64,000 nt of DNA from Brucepastera parasyntrophica (GTDB lineage Bacteria; Spirochaetota; Spirochaetia; Treponematales; Treponemataceae), in contig NZ_CP084606.1 in assembly GCF_022376835.1 (NCBI RefSeq), positions 2,842,739-2,906,738 of the forward strand. Direction: 5' to 3'. The position numbers were made by a program, and so were the translations under genes. The notes below the pieces were generated by a model, which searched no databases, was not told the DNA's origin, and saw nothing but the letters and a program-made list of their open reading frames with translations. Positions 19,510 through 30,775 of the stretch are shown piece after piece (the first letter of the stretch is position 1; the number at the start of each line of letters is the position of its first letter).

Positions 19510-20655
19510 GTGACTGAAAAAATCCAGAAGAGAATGAATTTTATCATCAGTGTTGTTTATGTGCTGTTCATTATCGGCATCGCTTACGCCAGCTTCAGAC
19601 TTATCGGATTGATCTTTCCCTTTATCGTTGCCCTCCTTCTCGTCCGTCTGCTGCACCCTATGATAATGTTTATCCACCGGAAGCTCAAAATAAATAAGAA
19701 ATTTCTTTCAATTGTTTTTATGGCCCTTTTGTATATACTTGCGGGAGGTCTTATTTTCTTTATTGTTACACAGCTTGTTTTTCTGCTGAAGGACGTGTTT
19801 ACCACTCTGCCTGCATATTACAGGGAGACAATTGCCCCTGCTTTGACAAAACTGTATGACTGGATGAGCGGGCTGATTAACAAGGTCCCCGAGTCCTGGG
19901 CTTCAGCCGCCCAGACCGTTCAGTCAAGCATCATGGACGGTCTCCAGAATTTTATCCTGTCAGTATCACAGAAAGGGGTTTCTTTTCTTACCAACTTTAT
20001 TAATGGTATTCCCGGATTTCTTATCAGCCTGATATTTGTTATTCTGTTTTCATTTTTTGTGAGCGTGCATTATGAAAAGATAGTTGTCTTTATAAAAGCC
20101 CAGCTCCCTGAAAAGACCACGGTTTATCTGAAAGACCTGAAAAAACTGATGAAAGATACGGTAGTCAAATATATCAGGGCCTATCTCATTTTAATGTCTA
20201 TAACTTTCATTGAGCTGTCCATCGGGCTGACAATAATCCGGACCCCGGGTTCTATCGGGGTCGCGGCCGGAATCGCCCTCTTTGACGCCCTGCCGATTTT
20301 CGGGACCGGCGGTATTATGATTCCCTGGATAATTTTTGAACTGATTCAAATGAATTTTTCCTACGCGCTGGCCCTCGCCATTGTATACGGGATTGTAACT
20401 GTTGTAAGAAATATTATCGAGCCGAAAATAGTCGGCGACCAGCTTGGCCTGAACCCGGTTGTTTCACTTATGGCCATCTATGTCGGTTACCGGCTATTCG
20501 GTGTGCTTGGTATGATTTTTTTCCCTATGCTCGCCCAGATACTCATAGCCCTGCATAAAAACGGGAGCATAAAACTGTACCGTGAAGAAATAAAAAAAGA
20601 CACTGAAACGGAAGCGGGGCCTGACACGGCCCCCGGCGAACCGCCCGCGACCTGA
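19510..20655 (+). CDS. AI-2E family transporter (PerM/YtvI/UPF0118-like permease).
   Basis: About 8 TM helices, family-typical length and motifs. GTG start 7 nt after GGAG. Confidence 0.7.
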   Translation: MTEKIQKRMNFIISVVYVLFIIGIAYASFRLIGLIFPFIVALLLVRLLHPMIMFIHRKLKINKKFLSIVFMALLYILAGGLIFFIVTQLVFLLKDVFTTLPAYYRETIAPALTKLYDWMSGLINKVPESWASAAQTVQSSIMDGLQNFILSVSQKGVSFLTNFINGIPGFLISLIFVILFSFFVSVHYEKIVVFIKAQLPEKTTVYLKDLKKLMKDTVVKYIRAYLILMSITFIELSIGLTIIRTPGSIGVAAGIALFDALPIFGTGGIMIPWIIFELIQMNFSYALALAIVYGIVTVVRNIIEPKIVGDQLGLNPVVSLMAIYVGYRLFGVLGMIFFPMLAQILIALHKNGSIKLYREEIKKDTETEAGPDTAPGEPPAT

Positions 20656-20727
20656 TAGGAACATAATAATATTGCTTTTTCCCGTATCTGTGTTATAGTA
20701 AATTATATGCAGATACAGGAGGGGTAT

Positions 20728-21405
20728 ATGAAACAGTTTTGTCTTGCGGTCATTCTGGCCGGCATGTGTTTTTTTCCATTGCTCGGCGAAGATGCCGCCG
20801 TTGACGCGGCCGCCACGGACGGAAGTTCATCCGACATAGTTTTTGATATTAACCAGCTGATAAAAAAAGGGCTTTTCAAGAATAAGGACGCGATAGCTGA
20901 AAAGGCCCAGTTTCTTCAGGAAAAAGACCAGCTGTCTCTGATCGCGGATAACAAAAAAAGCGGCGTGGGTCCTTTCTTTCTCAATTTTTTCCTCGGTTTC
21001 GGGATCGGTTCTTTTGTCCAGAAAGACCTTGTAGGCGGGTTTATCATGCTCGGCGCCGATATCGCGAGTATTGCCATGATGATTCCTTTTGTGGTGCATA
21101 TGGGCAGGTTTTTTGCCTATTTCCTGATCCTCCCGGTAATTGCCATGGCGGACCCTGACAGTGATTTGGCAAAAGATTTTTCTGCGGCGGTTGATGACGC
21201 GGCAAAATACAGCGGTTTATTTATTGCCGGAGGTGTTTTAATGCTTGCCTCACGGATTTTTGGGAGCGTAAAACCATGGACACACGCCAGCAAATGGAAC
21301 TCAACATTAAACAGCGCCCTTTCCCAAAAAGCAAAAATCACTATTGGGATCGAACCGGTCATCATGCCTGACCAGTATGGTTTCAAGGTGGCAATACATC
21401 TGTGA
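20728..21405 (+). CDS. Hypothetical membrane protein with a signal peptide.
   Basis: MKQFCLAVILAGMCFF start, then several hydrophobic helices. Confidence 0.5.
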   Translation: MKQFCLAVILAGMCFFPLLGEDAAVDAAATDGSSSDIVFDINQLIKKGLFKNKDAIAEKAQFLQEKDQLSLIADNKKSGVGPFFLNFFLGFGIGSFVQKDLVGGFIMLGADIASIAMMIPFVVHMGRFFAYFLILPVIAMADPDSDLAKDFSAAVDDAAKYSGLFIAGGVLMLASRIFGSVKPWTHASKWNSTLNSALSQKAKITIGIEPVIMPDQYGFKVAIHL

Positions 21406-21410
21406 TTATT

Positions 21411-22148
21411 TCAGCATGATTTTTTCGCGGCGCTGATAAAAAGGAACTGGGGCTTTTTCAGCAGCCGCTCGTAGGCTTCACTGCTGCTTTTTTTGAAATC
21501 TTCCGTTGGAAAGGGTTCCGCTACCGTTTCGATCGTAAAGCCCGCGTCGGCGACGGGCTGCAGAACCCTGTTCAGCGGCCTCGCGAAAAACTCTACTTCT
21601 ATGCTTTCTTCACCCATTGACCAGGTGTCGGTGATTAACTCGGTGGTAAAATAATTTTCACGGTTGAATAACAGATAATCGGCAAAGGGATGATGGACGG
21701 AAAAAAGCAGACGGCCGTTTTTTTTCAGAATCCTGAAAAATTCTCCAAGCGCGGTTGTCCAGTCTTTCAGATAATGAAGCACAAGGGAAGCCACAATCAG
21801 GTCCATTGATTCGTTTTCAAGAAAGGGCAGGGGGTTATTTAAATCGGCCCTGAACAGAGCAGCCCTGTTCCCTGTTCTTTCCCGGGTTATTTCAATCATT
21901 GTTTCATTGAAGTCCAGCGCTGTTACCTCGGCGCCGTGATTGAGGAGCCATTCCGTATACCACCCGCCGGCGCATCCCGCGTCGAGCGCTTTTTTTTCGT
22001 TAACATCAGGCATAAGCGAAAGCATCGCGGGGCGTTCGTAATAGGCATTGTAAGCCTTGGTGTCAACAAAGCCCGCGTAATACTTTGCCATTCTGTCATA
22101 AGACTCCATTGATACCGATTCCGTATGTATTCCATTGCTGCATTTCAT
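21411..22148 (-). CDS. Class I SAM-dependent methyltransferase.
   Basis: LDAGCAGGWYTEWLL (motif I) ... DLIVASLVLHYL. Confidence 0.75.
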   Translation of the reverse strand: MKCSNGIHTESVSMESYDRMAKYYAGFVDTKAYNAYYERPAMLSLMPDVNEKKALDAGCAGGWYTEWLLNHGAEVTALDFNETMIEITRERTGNRAALFRADLNNPLPFLENESMDLIVASLVLHYLKDWTTALGEFFRILKKNGRLLFSVHHPFADYLLFNRENYFTTELITDTWSMGEESIEVEFFARPLNRVLQPVADAGFTIETVAEPFPTEDFKKSSSEAYERLLKKPQFLFISAAKKSC

Positions 22149-22262
22149 TATATAAGTATATCATGCCGGAAGAAAAAAGATAAGCACAGGGCTGTCCAGT
22201 AAGTTTGTTACTTATTGGACAGCCCCCGGAGAATTTTCTGATAGAGGGGGCCGCGCAAAAAA

Positions 22263-22760
22263 TTATTTTTTCCGGATAAACCGTATTTCGCAGGCCTCAT
22301 CGCCGCGGGCAATAGTCTTTGGAAGTTCCAGCTCGCAGCCGTAGCTCTCGGCGATTCCGCGGTCACCGTACATTGCGAAATCACAGAGTTTGCTGATCTG
22401 TTCATCGCCGCAGCCCTGTTTTTGCCAGGCTTTAACCAGCGGGCAGTAATGAAAATCAACATCGAGATTATCATCCGTACTTCTGAGAATTTTCATTTCA
22501 AAGATCATTCGCGCCGGTTTTGAGAACTGTTTCTTTTTCAGGCCTTTGAGACTGGTTGTTTTTCCCTTTTCAATCAGCCCCTTTCCCTGGTACAGACCGC
22601 ACCGCCGGATTGCCTCGGAGGCATATTCATCGGGATTGAGGCCTTTTTTTTCAGCCTCATCACACAGAAAATACATCCACAGGGCGCGGTGTTCCAGCAG
22701 TTCCCGGACCTTGCGGATCAGGACATTCCTGTTTTTCGGTTCGTTTGTTATCTTGCTCAT
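22263..22760 (-). CDS. L-2-amino-thiazoline-4-carboxylic acid hydrolase-family protein. The start MSKITNEPKN is preferred over the upstream extension that overlaps repeat copy 1.
   Basis: HYCPLVKAWQKQGCGDE motif. AAGGA RBS before the ATG at 22760. Confidence 0.55.
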   Translation of the reverse strand: MSKITNEPKNRNVLIRKVRELLEHRALWMYFLCDEAEKKGLNPDEYASEAIRRCGLYQGKGLIEKGKTTSLKGLKKKQFSKPARMIFEMKILRSTDDNLDVDFHYCPLVKAWQKQGCGDEQISKLCDFAMYGDRGIAESYGCELELPKTIARGDEACEIRFIRKK

Positions 22761-22771
22761 GTCGGATCCTT

Positions 22772-22867
22772 TTATTCGGGGCGAAGGTAATGATTTAACG
22801 GCCGCTTGCGCGGCCTGCGAATACCCCAGACCGAAGGTCTGCCCTGCTCCGCGGCGGGGTATTTTAT
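22772..22867 (+). repeat. Structured intergenic repeat, copy 1 (short form lacking the UUCG-hairpin module).
   Basis: TTATTCGGGGCGAAGG ... GGCCGC-ttgc-GCGGCC ... CAGACC-gaag-GGTCTG ... GGGGTATTTTAT. Confidence 0.7.
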
Positions 22868-22945
22868 CGCAGTTTCTGTAATTATAACCCATTTTTGCCG
22901 ATCCGCAAGTCTATCCTTTCCTTTTATAAAGAATAAACTCCATAT

Positions 22946-23067
22946 TTATTCGGGGCGAGGGTTTAATCAGCCTTCGGCTGGTTCTGTAAGGAAATGATTT
23001 AATGGCCGCTTCCGCGACCTGCGAATACCCCAGACCGAAGGCCTGCTCTGCGGCGGAGTATTTTATT
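22946..23067 (+). repeat. Structured intergenic repeat, copy 2 (full form).
   Basis: TTATTCGGGGCGAGGGTTTAATCAGCC-ttcg-GCTGG...GGAGTATTTTATT. Confidence 0.7.
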
Positions 23068-23143
23068 GCGCCGGTGTTTTTCCTGCTGTATACTGAAGTA
23101 TCCGGTTCTTTCCGGACAGCAATATTTTTACTGGAGTATACAT

Positions 23144-24067
23144 ATGAAAGTCAAGTTATTAAAGCGTGTTTTTCTGATTCTGATTGTCATTTTTGCCGCT
23201 GTTTTCATTCTGAGGTTTATCTACGAACTTTACGGAAGCCGGTATTCGGGCGCAACAAGTTATGAATCATCATACAGCACCGCTTCATACTATGATATGT
23301 CAAACATGACAGGAAAGACCCAGAATTACGCAACCGCCAGGCAAAAGATTGAGGGCGCGGCTGGGGCGTCGGTCAACTACGACCAGAAGTATGAAATGGT
23401 TTCAAATATGACTTCAGACAGTACTGATTTTGAAAACGATGAAAACCTCATCAGAGAGAGAATCGCCGGTTTCAGCGGAATTATTCAGACGGAAAGGTCC
23501 CAGGGACTGGAAGGCTACCGGAGTCTGTGGATTTCAGCCGGTGTTTCTCCCGCGAAATTTGACGAGCTGGTAGAGGGCCTTAAGGAAATCGGGACGCCCA
23601 CCGGTTTTTCCGTCACAAAAACCGATAAAACGGAAGATTTCCGGTTTCTGCTTTCCCACCGGGATTTTCTGATAAAAACAAAGGACGCTTACAGCGCCCT
23701 TAAAACCAGGGGCGGGGACATATCGGACTTTCTCGCCCTTGAAAGCATGATCCTGGAAACCGAGGAACAGATTATGCTGGCCGACGTGTCCCTGGGCGTC
23801 TTTGATGAAAGCCTGTCCCTGTGTACGGTTGAGTTTACCCTGCGGGAAACACAGGAACAGAAAAAGACGGGCGGAATATCGCTTTCATTTATACTGAGCC
23901 GCGCGTGGTATGCCCTTGAATGGACCGTCTCGTTTTATCTTATTGCCCTTGTTTTTGTTCTGGCGCTTGGCTTCGCAGGCCTGGGTATAACCTTTATATG
24001 GGAACGCATTACAGGCGTGTCGGGCCAGAAGAAAAAGGATGACGGAAAGGATGATTCAGCGGAATAA
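23144..24067 (+). CDS. DUF4349-domain membrane-anchored protein (N- and C-terminal TM helices).
   Basis: ATG after GGAG. Architecture typical of DUF4349. Confidence 0.6.
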   Translation: MKVKLLKRVFLILIVIFAAVFILRFIYELYGSRYSGATSYESSYSTASYYDMSNMTGKTQNYATARQKIEGAAGASVNYDQKYEMVSNMTSDSTDFENDENLIRERIAGFSGIIQTERSQGLEGYRSLWISAGVSPAKFDELVEGLKEIGTPTGFSVTKTDKTEDFRFLLSHRDFLIKTKDAYSALKTRGGDISDFLALESMILETEEQIMLADVSLGVFDESLSLCTVEFTLRETQEQKKTGGISLSFILSRAWYALEWTVSFYLIALVFVLALGFAGLGITFIWERITGVSGQKKKDDGKDDSAE

Positions 24068-24126
24068 GAAACATAGTCCTGAAGGACTGAACCGACTTGC
24101 GGTCAGTTAGTAAGAAAGCGGAAGCG

Positions 24127-24150
24127 GTGGAACCGACTGACAGTCGGTTC
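24127..24150. terminator. Bidirectional terminator hairpin between convergent genes.
   Basis: Perfect ggaaccgactg / cagtcggttcc 11-bp stem. Confidence 0.5.
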
Positions 24151-24167
24151 CATTTGCGGACACAGTT

Positions 24168-25322
24168 TCAGAACCTCATTCTGAGTTTCGCGGTGATTTC
24201 AAAGCTGGTATCGGTCGAATCAGGTCCGAGTTCCCCGTGTTTTTCGTTCCCGGAAAAGGTGTCACGGTCAAGCGGTACGCGTCCCGTAAAGCTCAGGGTC
24301 GCTCCCTGAAAAAGATCATGCTCAAACCCGATAACAGGCGAAAAGGAAATATCATCGAGCCCCGCTACGCAGGAAAGGCTGGCGTTCGTATAATCATTAA
24401 ACCGGTACATCAGCATCGCGTACAGGTAATTTCTTTTTTCATAAACGGCTGATGAAAATGATTTTTTTCCGCTGAAAAAATATTCAGCCAGAATATACAG
24501 GCTGCCGTCAAAAAAGGAATAATCAAAGCCCGCGCTTGCCGCGATTCCGTCAAAGCCCGCGCGGTCGCGGTTATCGTACATATAGAAAACTTCCGCGGTG
24601 AGGCCAAGTTCCACTTCCGCCTTTACCGAAAGGCCCGCGTAATGCAGTCCGTCCGGAGTTTCCGCTTTTGGAATTTCATAAGTGTATAGCAGCTGAACAC
24701 TTGCCCTGTCCCAGTGTTTGTCGCCGGACAGGCCGAACAGCGCTCCGTTGCCGTCCTGTTCAAACGCGTTCTTCGGGGCGGCTGCAAAGGCCTGTATTTT
24801 TGAAGTATCGGAAGGATACAGCGAAACTGAGCTTCCGAGGATTGCGCGCGGCCGCGCGTCCGGGTGGAGCGGATTTCTCGGATTCAGAAAATCAGACGGA
24901 CCCCATACCTGTCCGTATCCGAAGGCAAGCCGCATGAGGCCTGCCTCGACATCAAGCAGTTCGCTGTTTATTCTGAAGTAGAGGCGTTCCAGCTCGAGCG
25001 CGGCAATATAGTTTTCTCCTCCGCTGAACGCCGTGAGGGGCAAAGAGTGCGCCGGCGAGTTATTCAGCATTGAAGCGACAAGGGCCGTGCTGCCCGCCGC
25101 TGCGGTCAGATTGAATGAAGTGAAAACCGAGGCGCGCTCGCCGACATTCACCTTCAGGCGGAGATTCGCATATTCTTCAGCGCCGAATCTGATCTCGGAC
25201 GGATCGCTTCCGCCGGCAAGCGTGAGTTTTGTATCAAGCAAGCCTGACAGGACAGGCGCCTGAGCGAAAACCTCCGCGGACAGACAGAGAAGCAGCAAGA
25301 GCAGAAGCGGCGTTTTTTTCAT
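24168..25322 (-). CDS. Putative outer-membrane beta-barrel protein.
   Basis: Signal peptide MKKTPLLLLLLLCLSAEVFA. C-terminal ...LRMRF (terminal Phe). 4-bp overlap with the upstream LolA-like gene. Confidence 0.55.
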   Translation of the reverse strand: MKKTPLLLLLLLCLSAEVFAQAPVLSGLLDTKLTLAGGSDPSEIRFGAEEYANLRLKVNVGERASVFTSFNLTAAAGSTALVASMLNNSPAHSLPLTAFSGGENYIAALELERLYFRINSELLDVEAGLMRLAFGYGQVWGPSDFLNPRNPLHPDARPRAILGSSVSLYPSDTSKIQAFAAAPKNAFEQDGNGALFGLSGDKHWDRASVQLLYTYEIPKAETPDGLHYAGLSVKAEVELGLTAEVFYMYDNRDRAGFDGIAASAGFDYSFFDGSLYILAEYFFSGKKSFSSAVYEKRNYLYAMLMYRFNDYTNASLSCVAGLDDISFSPVIGFEHDLFQGATLSFTGRVPLDRDTFSGNEKHGELGPDSTDTSFEITAKLRMRF

Positions 25323-26070
25323 CGTTCAAGATTCCTCATGCTGAAAACGGAATCGGAAATGGGTTCATCAAGAAGAATGCTGTTCATGACAAAGGTTGTT
25401 TTGCTCCCCTTGCGGAGAAGGTCGCGCATTTCAGATTCTACCGGGAACCGGCGGCCGCCGAAGTTTTCCGCCCGGATCAGTGTATATTCTTTCAGCTTTG
25501 CTCCCGAGAGCGCGTACAGTTCATAATGCAGGAGATCAAAATTTTCCTTGTCAACCCAAAGCTTCTGTTTGGGATAACTCTCCGTTTTTTTCTTCGCGGT
25601 CAGATCAAGTACCCAGACTTCCCTCCCGTTCCATGTTTCGCTTCCGCTTAAAACGGGAGTATAGCGGTCCGAGAGTTTTTCATTATTGATCGTATCCTCA
25701 TAGGAGAGGTCTGAGCCCATCATTGATTCCTTGAGCATGTGTCCCGATATGAGCATAACCTGCTCATTATCCGGCGAGTATACATACAGGCGCCCGCCCT
25801 TTTTGAGATATTTGGTGCCCCTGTCTTCCGGGTTTGTGAATTCGATAAAGCTGTCGGAATTACCCTTTGCTGATGCCTTCATTTTTTTTACATAGGTTTT
25901 ATTCTGATATTCAATTATCATCTCGCCTTCATACTGAATAGTGTCATATACTTCATTATCATCAATTTTTTGAGAATATCCGGCGCTGATAAATTCTGCT
26001 GTCCAAAAAGGTGAAAAACTGAAACGGCGGCGAGAGAGAGTAATACTGCAATGCAGATGTTTTTTTTCAT
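25319..26070 (-). CDS. LolA-like outer-membrane lipoprotein-sorting protein. The frame is broken at a T6/A6 run (25966-25971); the signal-peptide exon lies at 25970-26070.
   Basis: AGGAGG RBS plus MKKNICIAVLLSLAAVSVF. Restoring one A yields ...ILKKIDDNEVYDTIQYEGEMIIEYQNKTYVKK. Confidence 0.6.
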
Positions 26071-26188
26071 TGAAAATACCTCCTGTATTTTTCTGCAGGG
26101 AGTTTTAATTCCCGTATTATATAATGCAATAGTTCAAAGACACCTGTCTTCTGAATTGTATTCCCTGCGTATTCAGCGGTCTGTCCGC

Positions 26189-27724
26189 TTACATCAGGGG
26201 CGCGAAGATGCGCAGTACATCCTGAAGCAGCCGCGGAAAAAAACTGCTTTTGCAGTCCTGTTCGGTAATCTGATGGCATTTTTCAAGAGTCAGCAGAAAA
26301 TCATCCTTTACTTCCATTACCGATGAAGTTTTATACATCCATACTCCGCATTCAAAATGCAGATACAGACTCCTGAAATCAAGATTTGTCGTTCCTACTG
26401 TCGCAACAGTATCATCTGAAACAAAAGTTTTTGAATGAATGAACCCGTCCGTGTATTCATATATTTTGACGCCCGCCTCAATAAGGTCCCTGTAGTAAGA
26501 CCGTGTTGTGATATGAACAATGCGTTTGTCCCAGCGGTGGGGCGTAACAATCCTCACATCGACACCGCTCTTTGCCGCAAGCCGCAGGGCCGAGAGCATA
26601 CTGTTATCTATTATGAGGTAGGGTGTGTTTATATACACATACTTTTTTGCCGTGTTTATGATCTGCAGATATACGTGTTCGCCGACATTTTCCGTGTCCA
26701 TCGGACTGTCAGCGTAAGGCTGGACAAGGCCATCAGCGGAAACCGTACATTCTTCTTCCTTCCAGGGATAGTATTTTGAATAATCTTCCGTATCAGGTGT
26801 GCTTAAGTCCCACATTTGCAGGAACATGAGAGTTAGGCTCCACGCGGCTTCGCCCGTTATCATTATTGAGGCGTCTTTCCAGTGGCCGTGTTTGTCTATC
26901 GCGTTTATATATTCATCGGCAATGTTTATGCCTCCGGTAAAAGCCACCTTTCCGTCGATTGACGCGATTTTTCTGTGGTCCCTGTTATTCTGCTTGGTTG
27001 TCAGAAAAGGTTTGAATGGGTTGAACGCGATGCACTGTATTCCCAGGCTCTGCAGTTTTTGCGGGTACTTATGAGGAAGATCAAAAAAAACTCCGACGTC
27101 ATCATACATTACCCTGACTTCCACGCCGTTCGCGGCCTTTTCCTTAAGTATATCAAGGATCGCGTTCCACATGATGCCTTCCCTGATAATAAAGTATTCA
27201 AGGAAAATATATTTTTCAGCCTTTTTCAATTCTTCGAGCAGATATTCAAATTTCATTTCACCCGGCGTCAGATATTTTGTCGCGGTGCGGCTGTATATGG
27301 GAAAGCCGGCAAAATCCTGCAGGTACCGTATCTGGGGAATATGCTCGGGGGCGTCCCTGCAGGCTGTTTCAAAATGGTTGCCCGGAAGCAGAAAGCGGTC
27401 CCTGCTTTGCGATTCGATGACAGCGAGCTTCTTTTCAAACTTTTTTGTAGAAGTCTGCGCGGTAAAAAAAAGATAAAACAGCCCGCCGAATATCGGAAAA
27501 AGCAGGATGAGGAAAACCCAGGTCAGTTTGTATGCGTCCTTGTCCCTTTTGTTTATTATATACAGCGCGACCAGAACACTGAGTAGAGAGAGAGCCCATC
27601 CGATGAGTTCGGAACTTCTGCTTGTGCTGATTATTGCGTACACGAGAAAAAGCGCCTGCAGGACAATCAGAAAGGCAATAAATAATTTTCTCCGGCAGAA
27701 TAATTCCGATTTTCGATTTTTCAT
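26189..27724 (-). CDS. cls: Cardiolipin synthase.
   Basis: Two N-terminal TM helices and two HKD motifs (DHRKIASIDG...; IHSKTFVSDD...). Confidence 0.85.
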   Translation of the reverse strand: MKNRKSELFCRRKLFIAFLIVLQALFLVYAIISTSRSSELIGWALSLLSVLVALYIINKRDKDAYKLTWVFLILLFPIFGGLFYLFFTAQTSTKKFEKKLAVIESQSRDRFLLPGNHFETACRDAPEHIPQIRYLQDFAGFPIYSRTATKYLTPGEMKFEYLLEELKKAEKYIFLEYFIIREGIMWNAILDILKEKAANGVEVRVMYDDVGVFFDLPHKYPQKLQSLGIQCIAFNPFKPFLTTKQNNRDHRKIASIDGKVAFTGGINIADEYINAIDKHGHWKDASIMITGEAAWSLTLMFLQMWDLSTPDTEDYSKYYPWKEEECTVSADGLVQPYADSPMDTENVGEHVYLQIINTAKKYVYINTPYLIIDNSMLSALRLAAKSGVDVRIVTPHRWDKRIVHITTRSYYRDLIEAGVKIYEYTDGFIHSKTFVSDDTVATVGTTNLDFRSLYLHFECGVWMYKTSSVMEVKDDFLLTLEKCHQITEQDCKSSFFPRLLQDVLRIFAPLM

Positions 27725-27745
27725 AGTTCGCTCCGATTAAACAAT

Positions 27746-29019
27746 TCAGCGCCTCAGGGCTTCCACCGGTTCAATAAAGGCGCTTTTCAGGGAGGGGATT
27801 ATTGTACATATCGCTGAAATAATCACACCGAAAAGAAATCCCTGTACAATATATACCGGCGAAAAATTGAGAAAGATAGTTCCCGCCATCGGGAATTCCT
27901 TTAAGCCTCCGCCGGTGAACGTGTCAAAACTGATCGGGAAGAATGACCCGATCCAGGTAGAAAGACCCCCGACAATACAGCCGGCCAGAGAACCTATTAT
28001 ACTGAGAAACACAGCTTCAAAAAAGAATACCATAACAATTTCCGATCGTGTCATCCCGAGGGCTCCCATCATTCCAATTTCCTTGATCCGTTCATGGATT
28101 ATCATAACCACCGTATTTATTATCAGGAAACTTGCGACAATCTGAAATACCAGGAAGATGATAACAAAAATAATTGTACTCTGCTGCATTACGACAACCC
28201 AGTAATTATCCTGCCATTCCCTTATAACATTGCCGTCCCCCAGCAGGGCTTTTACCTTTCCGGCAATATTTCTTGTATCCTTTTCATTGTCGGCATATAT
28301 GAAAAGCTGCTGGGTACCTTCATCAAGAACAAGAAGTTTCTGAAGACGGTCAAAGGATACCATGATTACCTGTTCGTCATATTTGCGGTAATCGTATTCA
28401 AAAATCCCCACAATTTCAGGGCTCCAGTATTTATCGGAAAACTGGGCGGACACTACTTTGAGCGGGATTCTGTCGCCTATGGCGAGCCCCGCTTTTTTTG
28501 CCATATAAACACCAATCGCGCATTCATTGCTTCCTTTTTGCGGGTATCTTCCGGTCACAAGACCATCGCTCCTGTCAGTCAGATTGAAATTATTGATTTC
28601 TTTTTCGCGGTCTATATCGATTCCCCATAAAAACGCGTGTTTGATTAAACTGTCGGACAGGGTAGCGTAGGCGTTGATTCTCGGAAGAACTGCTTTTACT
28701 CCGGGAACAGCTTCTATTTCCCGGATCAATTCTCCGGTACTCCTTCCGTCAGCTACCGGAAACTGGACAGGATAGTATTCCTTGTCTTCTTCGAACAGCG
28801 ATGATACTACATTCACATGGCCTGTGTCAAAAACACGGACAACATCTTCAATTCCTTTTATCATTCCGTCCATCATCGATTGCATAAATATATTGAAGAA
28901 AACAGCGATACCAACGGCAGCGATGCAGAGAATAGTCCGGCGGAGGTTCCTCCAGATATTTCTGTATGCTATTTTTTTCAGGGTCAGAAACCCGCCTCTC
29001 TTTTTTTTGAAAGTTCCAT
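27746..29019 (-). CDS. Type-VII ABC transporter permease (FtsX/MacB/LolC-E-like). The frame is broken at a T8/A8 run (29001-29008); the N-terminal TM helix is encoded upstream of the track ORF.
   Basis: AGGAG RBS plus ATG 29019. The +1 frame gives FLTLKKIAYRNIWRNLRRTILCIAAVGIAVFF. The C-terminal FtsX 3-TM bundle is present. Confidence 0.7.
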
Positions 29020-29036
29020 ACTATACTCCTGATATA

Positions 29037-30775
29037 TCAGTCAAACCGCAGACTGTCCGTGACCGGCATTTTTAACGCCCGCCTGGTCGGGAAAAACGCC
29101 ATAGCAGATGACAGCAGCGTCGCTACTATACCCGTACCGATAATGACGGGGACATTCCACGCCGCCCTGAAATAGGACGCTACCCGGTAACCGAAATCTC
29201 CGCCGGCTTCCATCGTAATCGAAGAAAAGTCCAGACCGTATTTGACCATTGGTATATTAATCAGACAGCCTATAATTACTCCGGCGATCGATCCGAGTAA
29301 TCCTGCGGCCCCCGCCTCAAGCATATAAGAAAGGAGAAGCTGACCGTCAGTCATTCCAAGGGCTCTCAGCATCCCGATTTCCCTGGTCCGTTCCAGTATA
29401 GCCATGAGCATGGTATTCGCTATTCCGATAAAGGAGAGAATGAACAGAAGAATAATCATAAGCTGTGTGGAAACCGCGTCGGCATTTGATACCGCGAGAT
29501 AATCCGCCGCGTAATCCTTCCAGCCGTAAACGCCGAGTTCGGAAGGAAGTGTCCGCCCTCTGTCAGCGAGTCCGGAGACAAGGGCCGCCTGCACAGCCCC
29601 AGGGGACTCCTTTTTACCGGGGAGGGATGCGTCGTTTGCCCCTTTTTCACGGATGAGCAATTCAGTGATATGCCCTTCAAGCATGAGGCCGGCCTCATCC
29701 TGCAACACATTAAGCGGAAGATATCCGACATTGGCGTTGTTTTTCGGGTTCGGTGAATTTATGACCCCGACAACAACCGCATCGACCAGCTGATTGACAT
29801 GCCTGACCGCCCCGGAATAATCAGCCCTGATCATTATATCGAGGATTTTTTCAGGAAGGCCTCATCTTCATTTACAAGATAAAAATCCCCGGTCAGCGGG
29901 TCCTGTTCATATGCGGATAAAATTGTGCGTAATTCATCCGGCGTTACTATTTCCGAAAGATCGTTTTCTATTTTTTCACTGCGCAGGACTTCCGGCGCCG
30001 CTTTTATATCAATGACGGTTGAAATCCGTACATCCATCCGTCCGCCTTCCGCGAGTATATTCCAGAAGCGGTTGAGATCGGCGGCGGAAACCGTCTCCTT
30101 CAGGATAAAGCGTTCTTCAATGTTTTCAGACGGATCTTCTTTTTGCGCAAAAAATTCCATGCCTTTTTTTCTTGAAGACGCAGGCTCATAGAGCGACAGG
30201 ATAAAATCGCGTTCTTCCTGATCCCTCGCGTAATTCAGAATATCCGTTTTCAGTTCACTTTCCGCCGGACGCTGGGGAATTCCTGTTTTCAGTTTTTCGG
30301 CGGCCATTGTTCCGAGCGCAATTTCAAAACCGTCCGGCTCGATAAAACGTCCGGATTCCATATAGTTTGCGTAACGTAAAAGTCTTATCTCCGCTTCCGG
30401 ATCGACCGCGTTGAATTCCATCGGCGCGGACCCGGTCGCCGAATAAAGGGTTCCGGTGAATACAAACCGGGGCGCGGAATCGTAACCTTTTTCATTCAGG
30501 ACTTCGGCATAGGTTTCCCAGCCTGAAAAATTTTCATACATGGGAAGATCATCCTTTTTTTCAAAATACAAATGGGTTTGTATTTTATCGGCCCCGATTT
30601 CATAACTCACAATATTGCGTTCCGAGTCAAGATTGATCCCCAAAAGCCAGCCGTCCACAAAAATATACATGGATACACTGATTGCTATTGCCAGAGTGGT
30701 AATAACCGTTTTAACCCGGTGACGGGAAAGATTACGGAAAGCCATTCCTGCAATGGAAAAAAATGATGTTTTCAT
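29037..30775 (-). CDS. Second type-VII ABC permease with a long periplasmic domain. Split into two track ORFs by a frame change at a T6/A6 run (29846-29851).
   Basis: N-terminal TM and MacB_PCD domain (30775..29834). Restoring one A reads ...LKKILDIMIRADYSGAV... into the FtsX C-terminal half. Confidence 0.65.

Noticed and set aside
21330-21365. GGGATCGAACC motif resembling a tRNA T-arm.
   Set aside because: It lies inside a well-supported CDS (20728..21405) with no acceptor or anticodon structure around it.
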